64,000 nucleotides of DNA, taken from IMG/VR virus record IMGVR_UViG_3300031344_000001; one strand, written 5' to 3'. The DNA is from a virus. Lineage: Duplodnaviria > Heunggongvirae > Uroviricota > Caudoviricetes. Under the pieces are notes generated by a model that saw only the letters and a list, made by a program, of their open reading frames with translations, searched no databases and was not told the DNA's origin. This document shows positions 1-9,208 of this stretch, piece by piece (positions within the stretch are counted from its first letter, which is position 1; each line of letters begins with the position of its first letter). The position numbers were made by a program, and so were the translations under genes.

Positions 1-377
1 CGAGCGCGCCGGTCGCAGCACCCAAGAAAAAGTATTCCGGCCCGTTGGTCAAGACGTGCAGTGTTTGCGGTATCCCGTTTCCGCGTACGCCGAAGAATGC
101 CAGTAACTTCGCGGTGCAGACGGTGTGTGGCGCGACTTGCCAGGGCGTTCGCAATCGGCTGGTCGTCGATCCCAACAGGCGTTGTCTGGCGTGCGCCAAG
201 TTGCTGGTATGTCGCGCGCTGGAGCCGAATAACGACTTCGCCAAGAGGCTTACGTGCAATCGTGCCTGCACGCTGGTGCTCAAGAAACGGGGCGCGGCGA
301 CCCTGGGGCCCAAGGCGCGGATGACCAGCGCTGGCGAGGCGCGTGTGCTCGGCTCTTTGCCCCCAGCGTCGGATTGA
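1..377 (+). CDS. Partial CDS (5' end outside window): Cys-rich zinc-ribbon-like protein (C-terminal part)
   Basis: Open frame 3 from window start with no stops to 377; CxxC...CxxC pairs (CSVCG..CGATC..CLAC); protein-like composition. Confidence 0.4.
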   Translation, partial: SAPVAAPKKKYSGPLVKTCSVCGIPFPRTPKNASNFAVQTVCGATCQGVRNRLVVDPNRRCLACAKLLVCRALEPNNDFAKRLTCNRACTLVLKKRGAATLGPKARMTSAGEARVLGSLPPASD

Positions 378-486
378 GGACGTTCCTGTTGACGTCTCCA
401 CGGCTGCATTGACGAACAGCTAACAGGATGATAGACGTTTGGCCGGCGCACTCGGTTTTACGAGCGCTCTACAAAGGACGACACGC

Positions 487-1314
487 ATGGCGAAGCAACA
501 ATCCGACTCCACCGAAGTGCACATCGTCAACGTCGAGCGCGGCAGGGTCACCTTCCACCTCATCGGCACCGCGCCCCTACTGCACAACTGCCTTAACAAC
601 AAGGCCCGGCAAGAGTTGCTCCTGCCGTCGGGTCGCAAGACCGAGGCCGAGCGCAAGACGACGCTGAAGCACCAGCCCCTCGAGGAGTTTCGCTCCTCGA
701 TCTACTTCAATCATCGGCCCGAGGGTCCGACGCTCGTGCAGCACCTGTCGAGCGCGTTCCGCGGAGCGATGCGCTCAGCCGCGCTCGACTTGCCCGGCGT
801 CACGAAGGCCGAGATCGGGCGCCTGCTCTGGGTGGATGGAGACCGCGTCGACATCTACGGCCACCCACAGATCGACATGCGGATTGTCCGCCAGGCCGGC
901 ATGAACCGCACGCCCGACGTGCGCACGCGCTGCATCATGCCCGAGTGGGCGTGCGCGATCACGGTGTCGTTCACCAAGCCCCAGCTCAAAGAGCAAGCCG
1001 TGGCGAACTTGATCACGGCTGCCGGCCTCTACATCGGAATCGGCGACTATCGGAACGAGAAGGGGGCCGGCAACTACGGGTTGTTCCGCGTCTGCGCGGA
1101 CAAGGATCCGGACTACGTGCGGATCCGGAAGGCCGGTCGTAAGGTGCAGGAGGCCGCGATGAAGACGCCCGAACCATTCAACGAGGAAACGGCCGAGCTC
1201 CTGACGTGGTTTGAGGGTGCGGTGGCGGAACACCGATCCTTCGCGCCGCTCACGTCGGCGTCGGCGTCGGCGAAGGGCAAGAGGCGCGGCAAATCGAGCG
1301 AGGCGCCGTCGTGA
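487..1314 (+). CDS. Hypothetical protein (275 aa)
   Basis: ORF 439..1314; ATG at 487 preceded by AGGA ~8 nt upstream; balanced, non-R-rich composition. Confidence 0.55.
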   Translation: MAKQQSDSTEVHIVNVERGRVTFHLIGTAPLLHNCLNNKARQELLLPSGRKTEAERKTTLKHQPLEEFRSSIYFNHRPEGPTLVQHLSSAFRGAMRSAALDLPGVTKAEIGRLLWVDGDRVDIYGHPQIDMRIVRQAGMNRTPDVRTRCIMPEWACAITVSFTKPQLKEQAVANLITAAGLYIGIGDYRNEKGAGNYGLFRVCADKDPDYVRIRKAGRKVQEAAMKTPEPFNEETAELLTWFEGAVAEHRSFAPLTSASASAKGKRRGKSSEAPS

Positions 1315-1781
1315 CGAGCGCGGAGCGGCGGGCGATCGCGCAGAGGTTGGAAAAACTGACCGCTCGCGGCGGCGGCACGCTCACGGCGGCGGCCGTGGTC
1401 GAGGACGCGCGAAATTCGACGAGCCCCCTGCACGCGAGGATCTTCGGGCTGTCCGACGCCGAGGCAGCCCACGAGCACCGCCTCGACCTCGCCCGCCAAC
1501 TCATCCGATCCGTCCGCGTGACGGTCACCGTTGACCAGCGTCCACTGTCGGTCGTCGCGTACGTCCACGCCTCAGGTGGCAGCAGCAGCTACGTGCCCAC
1601 GGCGCATGTCGTCGACGTGCGCACGCGTGGAGTGGAGACGCTCCGCGTGGAGTTCGAGCGCGTCAAGGCGGCGATCGAGCGCGCGCGCGACCTCGCCGAC
1701 GCGCTCGGGCTTCGCGCCGAGTTTGGCGAGATGCTTGCTGACGTGAAGGCGCTCCTCGTGCCGCTGCGGCGGGTGGCGTGA
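1311..1781 (+). CDS. Hypothetical protein (156 aa)
   Basis: GTGA stop/start overlap with the upstream gene; protein-like composition. Confidence 0.5.
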   Translation: MTSAERRAIAQRLEKLTARGGGTLTAAAVVEDARNSTSPLHARIFGLSDAEAAHEHRLDLARQLIRSVRVTVTVDQRPLSVVAYVHASGGSSSYVPTAHVVDVRTRGVETLRVEFERVKAAIERARDLADALGLRAEFGEMLADVKALLVPLRRVA

Positions 1782-1799
1782 CCGTGACCGCATGACGAC

Positions 1800-2110
1800 A
1801 GGTCCTCGGTAGATAAGGCGCGGCTTGGTTGGGCATGGCGAGGTAAGGCCTGGCGAGGTAAGGCTGGCATGGGGCAGGGCGAGGCCCGGCTTGGCGGGGC
1901 AGGGCTCGGCACGGTTGGGCGAGGCGTGGCAGGCAAGGCGTGGCCGGGTAAGGTCTGGTTAGGCAAGGCAAGACAGGGCTTGGCAGGCGTGTCAAGGCTA
2001 GGCAAGGCTCGGCTCGGCTCGGCTCGGCTCGGCTGGGCACGGCAGGCACGGTGCGGCGCGGCAAGGTTCGGCACGGCAGGCGCGGTTCGGCGCGGTTCGG
2101 CGCGGCATGG
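1800..2110. repeat. G-rich degenerate short-tandem-repeat spacer, including (GGCTC)5 at 2006..2035, (GGCGAGGTAAGGC)x2 and (GGCGCGGTTC)x2
   Basis: Direct reading: GGC(A/T)NGG-type units repeated about 30 times on the plus strand; includes a pentanucleotide microsatellite run. Confidence 0.7.
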
Positions 2111-3819
2111 CAAGGCTGGGCCTGTATTCTTCGCGGTCCGTCAGATCATTAGCGAGATCACTCTACGGTTCGCAGCTTGGCGCCTGGAGGCTTGCAACCT
2201 CTGCTAGGGTCGCGGCATGTGCGACGAGCGGCATGGTCCTTACTGAAGGCGCGCGCTTCGTCACGCCCCGCGTGCGATCGCGCCTCCCGCTGAAGCGTTC
2301 ACTTGCGGCGGTGGGTGTGGCTACGCGGCGACCGCTACGTCTCACGGTTCGAGGACTCGCACCAAGAGCCTTGGCTTCGCAGCAGCCGGCCAAGGGTGCC
2401 TCCGAAATGGAGATTGCAGTCGTCGGTCGTCGACCGACTGATGATCGAGACGGTAAGTCTGTCGCTTCACCTGTTTCAACTCCTGCACATGCAGTGCTTG
2501 AAGACGCAGTAACGCTTGGGCGCCAGCGCAGCGCCGCGGCCAGGGGATCGAAGGTCGAAGGCCGCCGTGTGAAGGGGGCTGTGAAAGGAGTTGCTGTGAA
2601 GGGCTCTCCTCAAGTGAGCCCTTTCGTGGCCGAGAGTATTGCGCCCTCGGTACTGGTCCCCCCGGCACCGCTCCAACTTCAATCGCGGTCGTCGCTTGAG
2701 ACTGCGAAGCCCCCCGCGGTTGCGGCGGCGACTGACCCGCGTGTCCAGCAGGCGGCAAGCTGCCTCGATCGCGTGTCGTCGAAAGGGGTGCTCTCGCCCG
2801 ACGAGGTGAACGACCTGCACCAGTCGATCGAGGTGCTGGAGGTCGAGACTTGGCGCCTGGCGCTGGGTTCCGAGGAGTCATCGACCGCGACACGTCGTGT
2901 GATCGATCGGTACGTCGCCGCACAGGCGTCTTCCAGTCATCCGTCTCCGCACATCATCGCGCTGCGCTCGATCTTGGCAGCCCACGACGGCCACGGGATG
3001 ACCTGCGCCTCCTTACGCGCGGCCGACCTGGACCTCGAGCTGATGATGCTGGTGGTCGTCGAGCTTGAGAGGCTGCGTCAGGTTGTCGAGCCCCTGCGCC
3101 GAGCGCACGACGCCGCGCAGCGGCTGCGCGCACGGTTCGTCGCCGCGAACATGGGCCTCGTCCACAGCATCGCCCGCAAGTACGCCTGGTCAGCCACGCC
3201 GTTCGCGGACCTCATACAGGACGGCACGCTCGGGCTCATGCACGCGATTCCGCGCTTCGACCGTGCGAAGGGCTTCCGTTTCTCGACGTACGCGTTGAAT
3301 TGGATCCGTCAGGGGATCGTGCGGCAACTCCACGATTGTGGAGAGAACGTGCGTATCCCCGTCCACGCGCACGAGAGCTTGTACAAGATCAACAAAGCTC
3401 GTTCGCATCTTCGCGCGCAGCACGGGCACGATCCATCGGACGCCGAACTCAGTGCAGCGACGGGCATCAAGGTCGACGTGATCCAGAAGCTCGGCAAGGG
3501 GATCGTCGGGGAAGCACGCATGTCGCCCGAGGTGACCGATCGCCTGTTCGGCAAGCTGCCCGACGCGGCAGAGTCCGCGGTGGATGTGTTAATCGCGGGC
3601 CAAGACCGTGCGGTCTTGCACGCCGCGATCGCCAAGCTGGCCCCACGCGAGCGCCTCGTGGTCGAGCGGCTGTACGGGTTTGTTGATGACGGCGAGGGGT
3701 GCACGCTCAGGGAGGTTGGCGAGGACGAGGGTGTGTCACGCGAGCGCATTCGACAGATCCAGGCGGCGGCGATCGCGAAACTGCGCAAGTTCCTGCTAGC
3801 GTCGGGAGCACGCGGATGA
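2107..3819 (+). CDS. Sigma-70 family RNA polymerase sigma factor with long low-complexity N-terminal extension. The true start is uncertain; ATG 2407 or 3043 are alternatives.
   Basis: Region 2 (GLVHSIARKY..FADLIQDGTLGLMHAIPRFD..GFRFSTYALNWIRQGI), region 3 and region 4 HTH (TLREVGEDEGVSRERIRQIQAAAIAKLR) are all recognisable. Confidence 0.8.
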   Translation: MARLGLYSSRSVRSLARSLYGSQLGAWRLATSARVAACATSGMVLTEGARFVTPRVRSRLPLKRSLAAVGVATRRPLRLTVRGLAPRALASQQPAKGASEMEIAVVGRRPTDDRDGKSVASPVSTPAHAVLEDAVTLGRQRSAAARGSKVEGRRVKGAVKGVAVKGSPQVSPFVAESIAPSVLVPPAPLQLQSRSSLETAKPPAVAAATDPRVQQAASCLDRVSSKGVLSPDEVNDLHQSIEVLEVETWRLALGSEESSTATRRVIDRYVAAQASSSHPSPHIIALRSILAAHDGHGMTCASLRAADLDLELMMLVVVELERLRQVVEPLRRAHDAAQRLRARFVAANMGLVHSIARKYAWSATPFADLIQDGTLGLMHAIPRFDRAKGFRFSTYALNWIRQGIVRQLHDCGENVRIPVHAHESLYKINKARSHLRAQHGHDPSDAELSAATGIKVDVIQKLGKGIVGEARMSPEVTDRLFGKLPDAAESAVDVLIAGQDRAVLHAAIAKLAPRERLVVERLYGFVDDGEGCTLREVGEDEGVSRERIRQIQAAAIAKLRKFLLASGARG

Positions 3820-4487
3820 GGTCCGTCGTCGTCACTGGCTACGTCGAGATCCCAGACCACCCTCGTGGTCGGGAGGAGTACGAGGGCCTCGGCGCGCGGC
3901 TCGCTGACCTGCGCGCCGCGCCGGTGAGCCTCGCCCGGTGCGCGCTCGACGAGTGCTGGCTGGACGTGCACGCCCGCGGCGTGGGCGTCCGGGCCGCCGA
4001 CGGGGGCGACCCCGCGAAGAACTCGCTCGCCTACCACAGCGTCCAGCACCAGAAGACGGCTTGGTTGGCGGAGGCCGCGGAGGCGTACCCGTGGGCGGAG
4101 GTCATGGTCTGGGTTGACTACGGGATCTTCCACCAGCCCGGCATCACCGTGGAGGTCCTCGACGCCTTCCTGCGCCGCGTCCGTCCCGATGAAGAGGTCG
4201 CGATCCCCGGCGCGTGGGAGCGCGCGGACGTCGCTGCCTCCGTCTCCGCCTCCGCAGAGTACCCGGACTGGCGCTTCCTGGGGTCGTCCCTCGTCGTCGC
4301 GCGCCAGCTCGCCGAGCCGTTCCACGACGCCGTCCGCGCGGTGACGCTCGCGCGGCTCTCCCGCGATCGCCTGGTGACGTGGGAGGTGAACGACTGGGCG
4401 GAGGTCGAGCGGCGGGGGACCGTGCCCATCCGGTGGTACCAGGCCGACCATGACCACACGCAGTTCACGAGCTACCCAGACGCATGA
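3816..4487 (+). CDS. Putative glycosyltransferase-like protein, paralogous to the downstream DUF616-like gene
   Basis: ATGA overlap with the sigma gene; shares the NSxAxHxxxxHQK and W[VI]D[YG][GS] motifs with the 4484..5134 product. Confidence 0.45.
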   Translation: MRSVVVTGYVEIPDHPRGREEYEGLGARLADLRAAPVSLARCALDECWLDVHARGVGVRAADGGDPAKNSLAYHSVQHQKTAWLAEAAEAYPWAEVMVWVDYGIFHQPGITVEVLDAFLRRVRPDEEVAIPGAWERADVAASVSASAEYPDWRFLGSSLVVARQLAEPFHDAVRAVTLARLSRDRLVTWEVNDWAEVERRGTVPIRWYQADHDHTQFTSYPDA

Positions 4488-5134
4488 AGGTCGCGGTCTA
4501 CACGGCGATCACTGCGGGCAGGGACTCCGTCAAGGATCCGCCGGTCCACGAGGGCGTCGACCGGATCTTGTTCACCGACCGACCGCGCGACCAGCTCGGG
4601 CCCACCGTCTGGGACGCGCGGCCGGCGTGCGCGCTCTTCACCGACCCGCGGCGGAACTCGCGGGCGCACAAGATCCTCGCGCATCAGTACCTCGACGAGT
4701 ACGACTACTCGCTGTGGATCGACGGATCGGTCTGGCTCCGCGCGTCGCCGCGCACGCTCGTCGCCGCGCACCTGCTCGACGCGGACGTGGCGATGTTCAG
4801 GCACCCGGCGCGCAGCTGCCTCTACGTGGAGGCGGCTGGTCTCGCGGGCGCGGGGTACGACGCCGCCGAGACGTTCGCCGACCAGGTCGCGAAGTACCGT
4901 CGAGTCGGTTACCCGGCCGACAACGGCCTCAACGAGTGCGCGGTGATCCTCCGGCGGCACAACGCGCGTACGGCCGCGTTCAACGACGCCTGGTGGTCGG
5001 AGTATTGCCGGCACTCCTGCCGCGACCAGGTGAGCGTGAACTACGTCGCTCGATCGACCGGCGTTCGCCTGGCGCTCTTGCCGGGCACCGTCCAGGACAA
5101 CCCGGGGATCGTCTACTACGAGGGGCACCTGTGA
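4484..5134 (+). CDS. DUF616 (TOD1/MUCI70-like) putative glycosyltransferase
   Basis: ATGA overlap; motifs RRNSRAHKILAHQYL and YSLWIDGS match what I recall for PF04765-type GT-A proteins. Confidence 0.5.
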   Translation: MKVAVYTAITAGRDSVKDPPVHEGVDRILFTDRPRDQLGPTVWDARPACALFTDPRRNSRAHKILAHQYLDEYDYSLWIDGSVWLRASPRTLVAAHLLDADVAMFRHPARSCLYVEAAGLAGAGYDAAETFADQVAKYRRVGYPADNGLNECAVILRRHNARTAAFNDAWWSEYCRHSCRDQVSVNYVARSTGVRLALLPGTVQDNPGIVYYEGHL

Positions 5135-5394
5135 TCAAACCGTGGCGCTGGATCGATCGGACGGGCGGCTTCTCGATCCGTGGTGGCCGGTGGGAGCTGG
5201 TCGACGGGCGCGGACGCGATCGGGCAACGATCTGGGAGAATGCGGCCGACCGCTTCACGTGGCACACGTGGGACGAGCAGGGTACCGGTGGCGAGAACGA
5301 CGTGGCCGTGTCGCTCGACGACGCCAAGCGCCACTGCGTCGCGGCGATCGTGCTCCAGGGCTGGGCGCCGGGTGGCTGGGAGGTGAGGTGGTGA
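5131..5394 (+). CDS. Small hypothetical protein (87 aa)
   Basis: GTGA overlap with the upstream gene; Trp-rich, protein-like sequence. Confidence 0.35.
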   Translation: MIKPWRWIDRTGGFSIRGGRWELVDGRGRDRATIWENAADRFTWHTWDEQGTGGENDVAVSLDDAKRHCVAAIVLQGWAPGGWEVRW

Positions 5395-5641
5395 CGTGGT
5401 GAAGGGCCTAGAAACGGCGTGCCCCCGTCGTGGCACGCGCTACGGTACGCACTCGTGACGCAGCTCGCGGTCATCACCGACGTCCACGCGGACGCGCACG
5501 CCCTGCGCGAAGCGTTCGCTATTGTCGACGTCATGCTGCGCGAGGTGCCCGTGCGTCGTGCGAAGGTCGTCCCGCTGCGCAGCCGCGCGCGCTCCGCCTA
5601 ATTGACTGTCAGACCCGCCGTGATCCGGGCGTCTCACGGGC

Positions 5642-5854
5642 ATGCAGGCCAGAGAATTCATCATCGCGCTCGTGCACGTCGACATGGAGCACGGTTACGC
5701 AGGAGACCTCATCGAGGGCGTGGGAGCGCGTGGCTCCGTCGTCACGCGCTGTGCTGGAGCGCGGCGCTTCAAGTCGCTCAAGCGGGCGCTCGACGCGGCG
5801 CAGGGCTGGACCTGGTACGCGGACATCGTCCGGGTCATGGCCGTTGAAGGTTGA
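5642..5854 (+). CDS. Small hypothetical protein (70 aa)
   Basis: ORF track; protein-like composition; last plus-strand ORF before the low-GC spacer. Confidence 0.25.
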   Translation: MQAREFIIALVHVDMEHGYAGDLIEGVGARGSVVTRCAGARRFKSLKRALDAAQGWTWYADIVRVMAVEG

Positions 5855-5958
5855 AGCGCACGGGAAGCGCGGATCTTTCTTCTTTCTTGACCGTCAAACC
5901 CCCTCACGCGAAACTGAGGTCGTGCCACGAGTCTCGAATTTTGTGCGGGAATTCAAGG

Positions 5959-6362
5959 GCATGCGGGGATTCAAGGACGGCTGGTACTACAGGTTGACTG
6001 AGGGATATCCCTGGATCGGACCCTTCGTGACAGAGCGCATTGCGGGTCACGCGAGAGCGCATGTGACCAGTAACGTCAGAGACGTCTGGTCTGAACCACC
6101 GCAGTGGCTCAAGATCTCCACGTCCGTCGCCCTTGGTCGTCTCTCCCTGATACCGCCCCGCGGCGCCCCCGCATTTAAGATCCCTGCGACGAGCCTGCAC
6201 ACGGTCCCGGTCCCGGCATCAGCGCCACTTCAATCAAACGGCTACCAAGCGCGACCACGACACGCATTGTCCGCCCGTCAAGAAGCCCCCGTAGGGCGCG
6301 ATAAGAGCGCTGCTCCAGAAGCGGTCATGGTCCCGCGTCGGCGCGGTTCACGAACAGTCTGA
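5959..6362 (+). CDS. Possible hypothetical protein in low-GC spacer (134 aa)
   Basis: ATG preceded by AAGGG; N-terminal 60 aa protein-like (MRGFKDGWYYRLTEGYPWIGPF..), C-terminal part less convincing. Confidence 0.2.
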
Positions 6363-6376
6363 TGCGGGTCTAGCTG

Positions 6377-6401
6377 TTGCCCGTTTATCGAAAGGGCAAC
6401 G
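6377..6401. terminator. Hairpin between convergent gene blocks (7-bp perfect stem GTTGCCC/GGGCAAC, 11-nt loop)
   Basis: Seen directly; sits 22 nt downstream of the stop of minus gene 6423..6938 and at the end of the plus block. Confidence 0.4.
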
Positions 6402-6422
6402 TCGTGCGCTCAGCGCTCAGCC

Positions 6423-6938
6423 TCAGCCTTCCTTCGTGTACTTCGTCCCGCGCGGCATGCGGTCCACGGGGGGTAGACCGTCGTGGCCCCGCGTCGAGTT
6501 GTAGTCCCACAGAGCGTCACGTCGAGCGTTGGGCAGGGGGCCGCGCACTCGCGTCGTGTAGCTGCCCACCTCCGCTGTCGGAGGGACCGTGACGACGTAG
6601 AGCTTCTTCATGGTCGCGTGCGCACGGGGGTTCTCCGCGCCACCAGCGTGCGCGGTGATCTTCGCGCGGGCGCGCGCACGGGAGGGAAACGTGCCGAGAT
6701 CGACCTCGTTGCTCGGTCCCCAGGACTTGTAGTCGACGCGGTGCCCGGTCGGCACCGTGACGATCCAGTAGGCGCCGTCCTTCGTCCGCACGTCCGCCGT
6801 GCCGAGGGCGTGGCTGCCGACGACGGGGCCCCACACGCTCCGAGGTGTCGAACGTTTGGTCGCGTGGCTCGTGGGCTTTCCCGCGAGAGCTTCGTTGATC
6901 TCGCGTTGGAGCTGGGCGTGCGTCTTCTTGGCCGTCAT
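6423..6938 (-). CDS. Hypothetical protein carrying N-terminal KKTxAQLxREIxEAL motif (motif copy 1)
   Basis: N-term MTAKKTHAQLQREINEALAGK; protein-like composition. Confidence 0.55.
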   Translation of the reverse strand: MTAKKTHAQLQREINEALAGKPTSHATKRSTPRSVWGPVVGSHALGTADVRTKDGAYWIVTVPTGHRVDYKSWGPSNEVDLGTFPSRARARAKITAHAGGAENPRAHATMKKLYVVTVPPTAEVGSYTTRVRGPLPNARRDALWDYNSTRGHDGLPPVDRMPRGTKYTKEG

Positions 6939-6990
6939 TGGTTATCCCGTCGAGTCTATCGAAGGCGGTAACAAAGCGCACATTTTTTGC

Positions 6991-7338
6991 TCACGAAGCG
7001 ACCCGCGCCTTCGCCGCGCGTTCGGCGTCGGCGTCACGGGGCGCGGGCGCGATCGAAGCGTCAGCCTCCGTGAGGTGCGCGTGCGCCGGGCAGAAGTCGC
7101 GTCCTCCCCGGTCCTCGCAGCGCCAGCCGTCCTTGTTCTCCGCGATGCACCGGATCAGGACGGCGTCGCGGTGTAGCGAGAAGGCCGTCTCGCAGCGACG
7201 GTCGAACAGCATCGTGCCGCCACAGAGCCGGCAGGCGACGCCGGTCACCGCAGAGGAGGTCGCGACCTCCGCCTGGCAGTCCGTGCAGTGCAGGAGCGCC
7301 GCGTCGCACGAGATCGTTGTCACCACCACGACGCTCAC
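6991..7338 (-). CDS. Cys-rich small protein (putative Zn-binding)
   Basis: GTG start; CDAALLHCTDC..CRLCGG..C..C pattern. Confidence 0.4.
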   Translation of the reverse strand: MSVVVVTTISCDAALLHCTDCQAEVATSSAVTGVACRLCGGTMLFDRRCETAFSLHRDAVLIRCIAENKDGWRCEDRGGRDFCPAHAHLTEADASIAPAPRDADAERAAKARVAS

Positions 7339-7375
7339 CCTACCGAGGCTCCGATCCTGATCGCAAGGTCCAAGA

Positions 7376-8020
7376 TCACGCGCGGACCTCGACGCGCATG
7401 TGCACCATCGTCACGCCGTCGAGCAGGGCTGCGGGCACGTCGAGCCGCACGCCGAGGGCTTTTGCCGCGAGCACGAACACCAGTGGGATCGGGCCGCCGG
7501 TCAGCGAGCCGAAGGCTTGGGCGCCCGCGAGCGCGGTCGCGTGCTCGATCTTCCGCAGGTCGACCAGCGCGATCGGCTTGGGCTCCGCGCCCGGGCCGAG
7601 CTCGCAGTTCTCTGGGGGTGAGACCACCATGTGGTAGCGGCAGACCGTGGGGCGGACCGCGTAGACCTCGCAGCGTCGGTCCGGTGTCAGGAACATGCAC
7701 GGGAGCTGGCGCTGGAAGAAGGCCACGCGCTCGCGCTCGTCGAGGACGTTGACGCCGGCGAACGCGGTGAGCTGCTTGACCAGCTCGCGCTCGAGCGCGG
7801 GGCGCCGCTGCTCCCAATCGCAGCGACTCGTGAGGTACTCGACGACCGGGACCATCTCCGGGATGGTCGCGGTCGCGGGCAGCGTGCAGCAGTGGGCGCA
7901 GCCCTCCTTGCAGGTCACGCCCATCGTGGCCACGGCCTCTGCGACGAGCGGCGCGTGCTCGCGGTAGAGCTGGAGCACCACCTTGCTGGCACGCTTCGCG
8001 CGGCGACCCTCTTGGCTCAC
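7376..8020 (-). CDS. YkgJ/UPF0153-family putative Fe-S or zinc-chelating protein
   Basis: CKEGCAHCC (CxxCxxCC) motif plus downstream Cys residues; GTGA overlap with the upstream gene; the N-terminal 150 aa of the long ORF is R-rich and rejected. Confidence 0.55.
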   Translation of the reverse strand: MSQEGRRAKRASKVVLQLYREHAPLVAEAVATMGVTCKEGCAHCCTLPATATIPEMVPVVEYLTSRCDWEQRRPALERELVKQLTAFAGVNVLDERERVAFFQRQLPCMFLTPDRRCEVYAVRPTVCRYHMVVSPPENCELGPGAEPKPIALVDLRKIEHATALAGAQAFGSLTGGPIPLVFVLAAKALGVRLDVPAALLDGVTMVHMRVEVRA

Positions 8021-8526
8021 GGGCGGCCCTCGGCGTCCCAGCGCTTCATCGCGGCGCGTTCGGTGGGACGATGGGCGGCGAAGGTCTCGGCGGAGATCGC
8101 GCGCCGCGTCGCCTCCTCGATCGCTTGCTCTCGAGGCAGTCCGGCGCCGCTGGCGCGCCGCCACTCGCGCGAGCCGTCGTCGTAGAAGCGCAGCTGGTAG
8201 ACGTAGAAACTGCGGCAGTCGTCGCTCTGCGGGCAGCCCGGGAGCCCGCAGCGAGCGGTGCAATGGGGGATGCGCAGCACGCGCACGCCGGATCGGAACT
8301 GCACGACCAGGCACCCTTCCATCCAGTAGTCCGGTCTCGTCACGAGCCACGAGCGTCTCGGTGGCCGTGCCGACCGCGTCGGGGTGAGTGGTAGTCGCGG
8401 AGCCGGCGGCAGGCAGCCGACGCAGAAGCAGTGCGCCCACACTCGGGAGTCCGCGCGCGGGCCGATGACGGGCACACCGCAGCGCTCGCACGCGCCGCGC
8501 GGCGTGCTTTGACGTGGAGAGGACAT
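8017..8526 (-). CDS. Cys-rich hypothetical protein
   Basis: CERCG..CFCVGC..HCTARCGLPGC; contains copy 1 of the 50-bp repeat in its coding sequence. Confidence 0.45.
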   Translation of the reverse strand: MSSPRQSTPRGACERCGVPVIGPRADSRVWAHCFCVGCLPPAPRLPLTPTRSARPPRRSWLVTRPDYWMEGCLVVQFRSGVRVLRIPHCTARCGLPGCPQSDDCRSFYVYQLRFYDDGSREWRRASGAGLPREQAIEEATRRAISAETFAAHRPTERAAMKRWDAEGRP

Positions 8527-8762
8527 CAGGACCCTTGGCAATGCTCGTGCTCGTAGTACGGGTTCGACACGTACGGCCTGTGGGACTTGCTGGGAGCGCG
8601 AGCGCTCGCCACGAGCTGGGCTCCGAGGATCCCCAGGGTTCCGAAGCCGATAAGGATGCCGAACATCTCGACGAGCACGTCGGGCTTCTTCGCGGAGTGC
8701 CCTTGCGGGTCCTCCACGACCTGACCGGCCTGAGTGGCGCCGTAGTACCCGCGTGCGTTCAT
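8526..8762 (-). CDS. Small membrane protein (1 TM)
   Basis: Hydrophobic stretch LVEMFGILIGFGTLGILGAQLVA. Confidence 0.4.
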   Translation of the reverse strand: MNARGYYGATQAGQVVEDPQGHSAKKPDVLVEMFGILIGFGTLGILGAQLVASARAPSKSHRPYVSNPYYEHEHCQGS

Positions 8763-8860
8763 TTTTTCATACTAGCGTTGGGTCGAGAGGATGTGTCGAA
8801 GTTTCATCGACGGAAACTGCACGACCAAGTCCCCTTCCATTCAGTAGTTCGGTTTCGTGG

Positions 8861-9208
8861 TCACGTCGGCGCCTTCGCTCCGCGCGGCTTCTTCTGGCCG
8901 CGGGCCACCTCGTGGGCCGCGAGGCGGGCGATCGTTTCGCTCGTGTTGTCGCCGATCCGGCACACGTAACACGTTGGAGGCGGTGGTCGCGGCGACCCGT
9001 CCCCACCGTCGACGCCCCAACCCGCCGTCGCCGGTCCGCCGCAGCTCGTGCAGACGGAGTCGTGCGATCGGAGCAGCCACCCGTTGCCGTGGCCGACGAC
9101 GGGGACGACGTCGCGACTGGAGTCATCGAAGCCGAAGCACCACGGGCAGCGGTTGGACGGACAGCGCGTGAAGTAGCCGTGGGGGCACTTCTCCGCTGAG
9201 AGGCTCAC
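8861..9208 (-). CDS. Cys-rich hypothetical protein
   Basis: [27 protein letters not shown]; stop adjacent to the DnaJ start. Confidence 0.4.
   Translation of the reverse strand: MSLSAEKCPHGYFTRCPSNRCPWCFGFDDSSRDVVPVVGHGNGWLLRSHDSVCTSCGGPATAGWGVDGGDGSPRPPPPTCYVCRIGDNTSETIARLAAHEVARGQKKPRGAKAPT

Noticed and set aside
1800-2110. Possible CRISPR array in the repeat-rich spacer
   Set aside because: The units are 5-13 bp degenerate tandem repeats with no unique spacers of CRISPR size. No cas genes are present.
1589-2113. Long R/A/P-rich ORFs on the opposite strand or in other frames (for example 1589..2113, 5430..6362 N-terminal part, 9326..10207, 16533..17195, 29372..30532, 31186..32202, 41613..42551 N-terminal part, 53091..53888 N-terminal part)
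   Set aside because: They have the typical shadow-ORF composition of a ~70% GC sequence (Arg, Ala, Pro, Gly runs). They overlap better-supported genes. The convincing protein-like part, where present, begins at an internal start that is coupled to its neighbour.
5855-6422. tRNA or small RNA gene in the low-GC spacer between convergent blocks
   Set aside because: I could not find a cloverleaf-compatible sequence with a conserved T-loop (GTTCRANNC) or D-loop by eye. Apart from the 6377..6401 hairpin, nothing is supportable without a covariance search.
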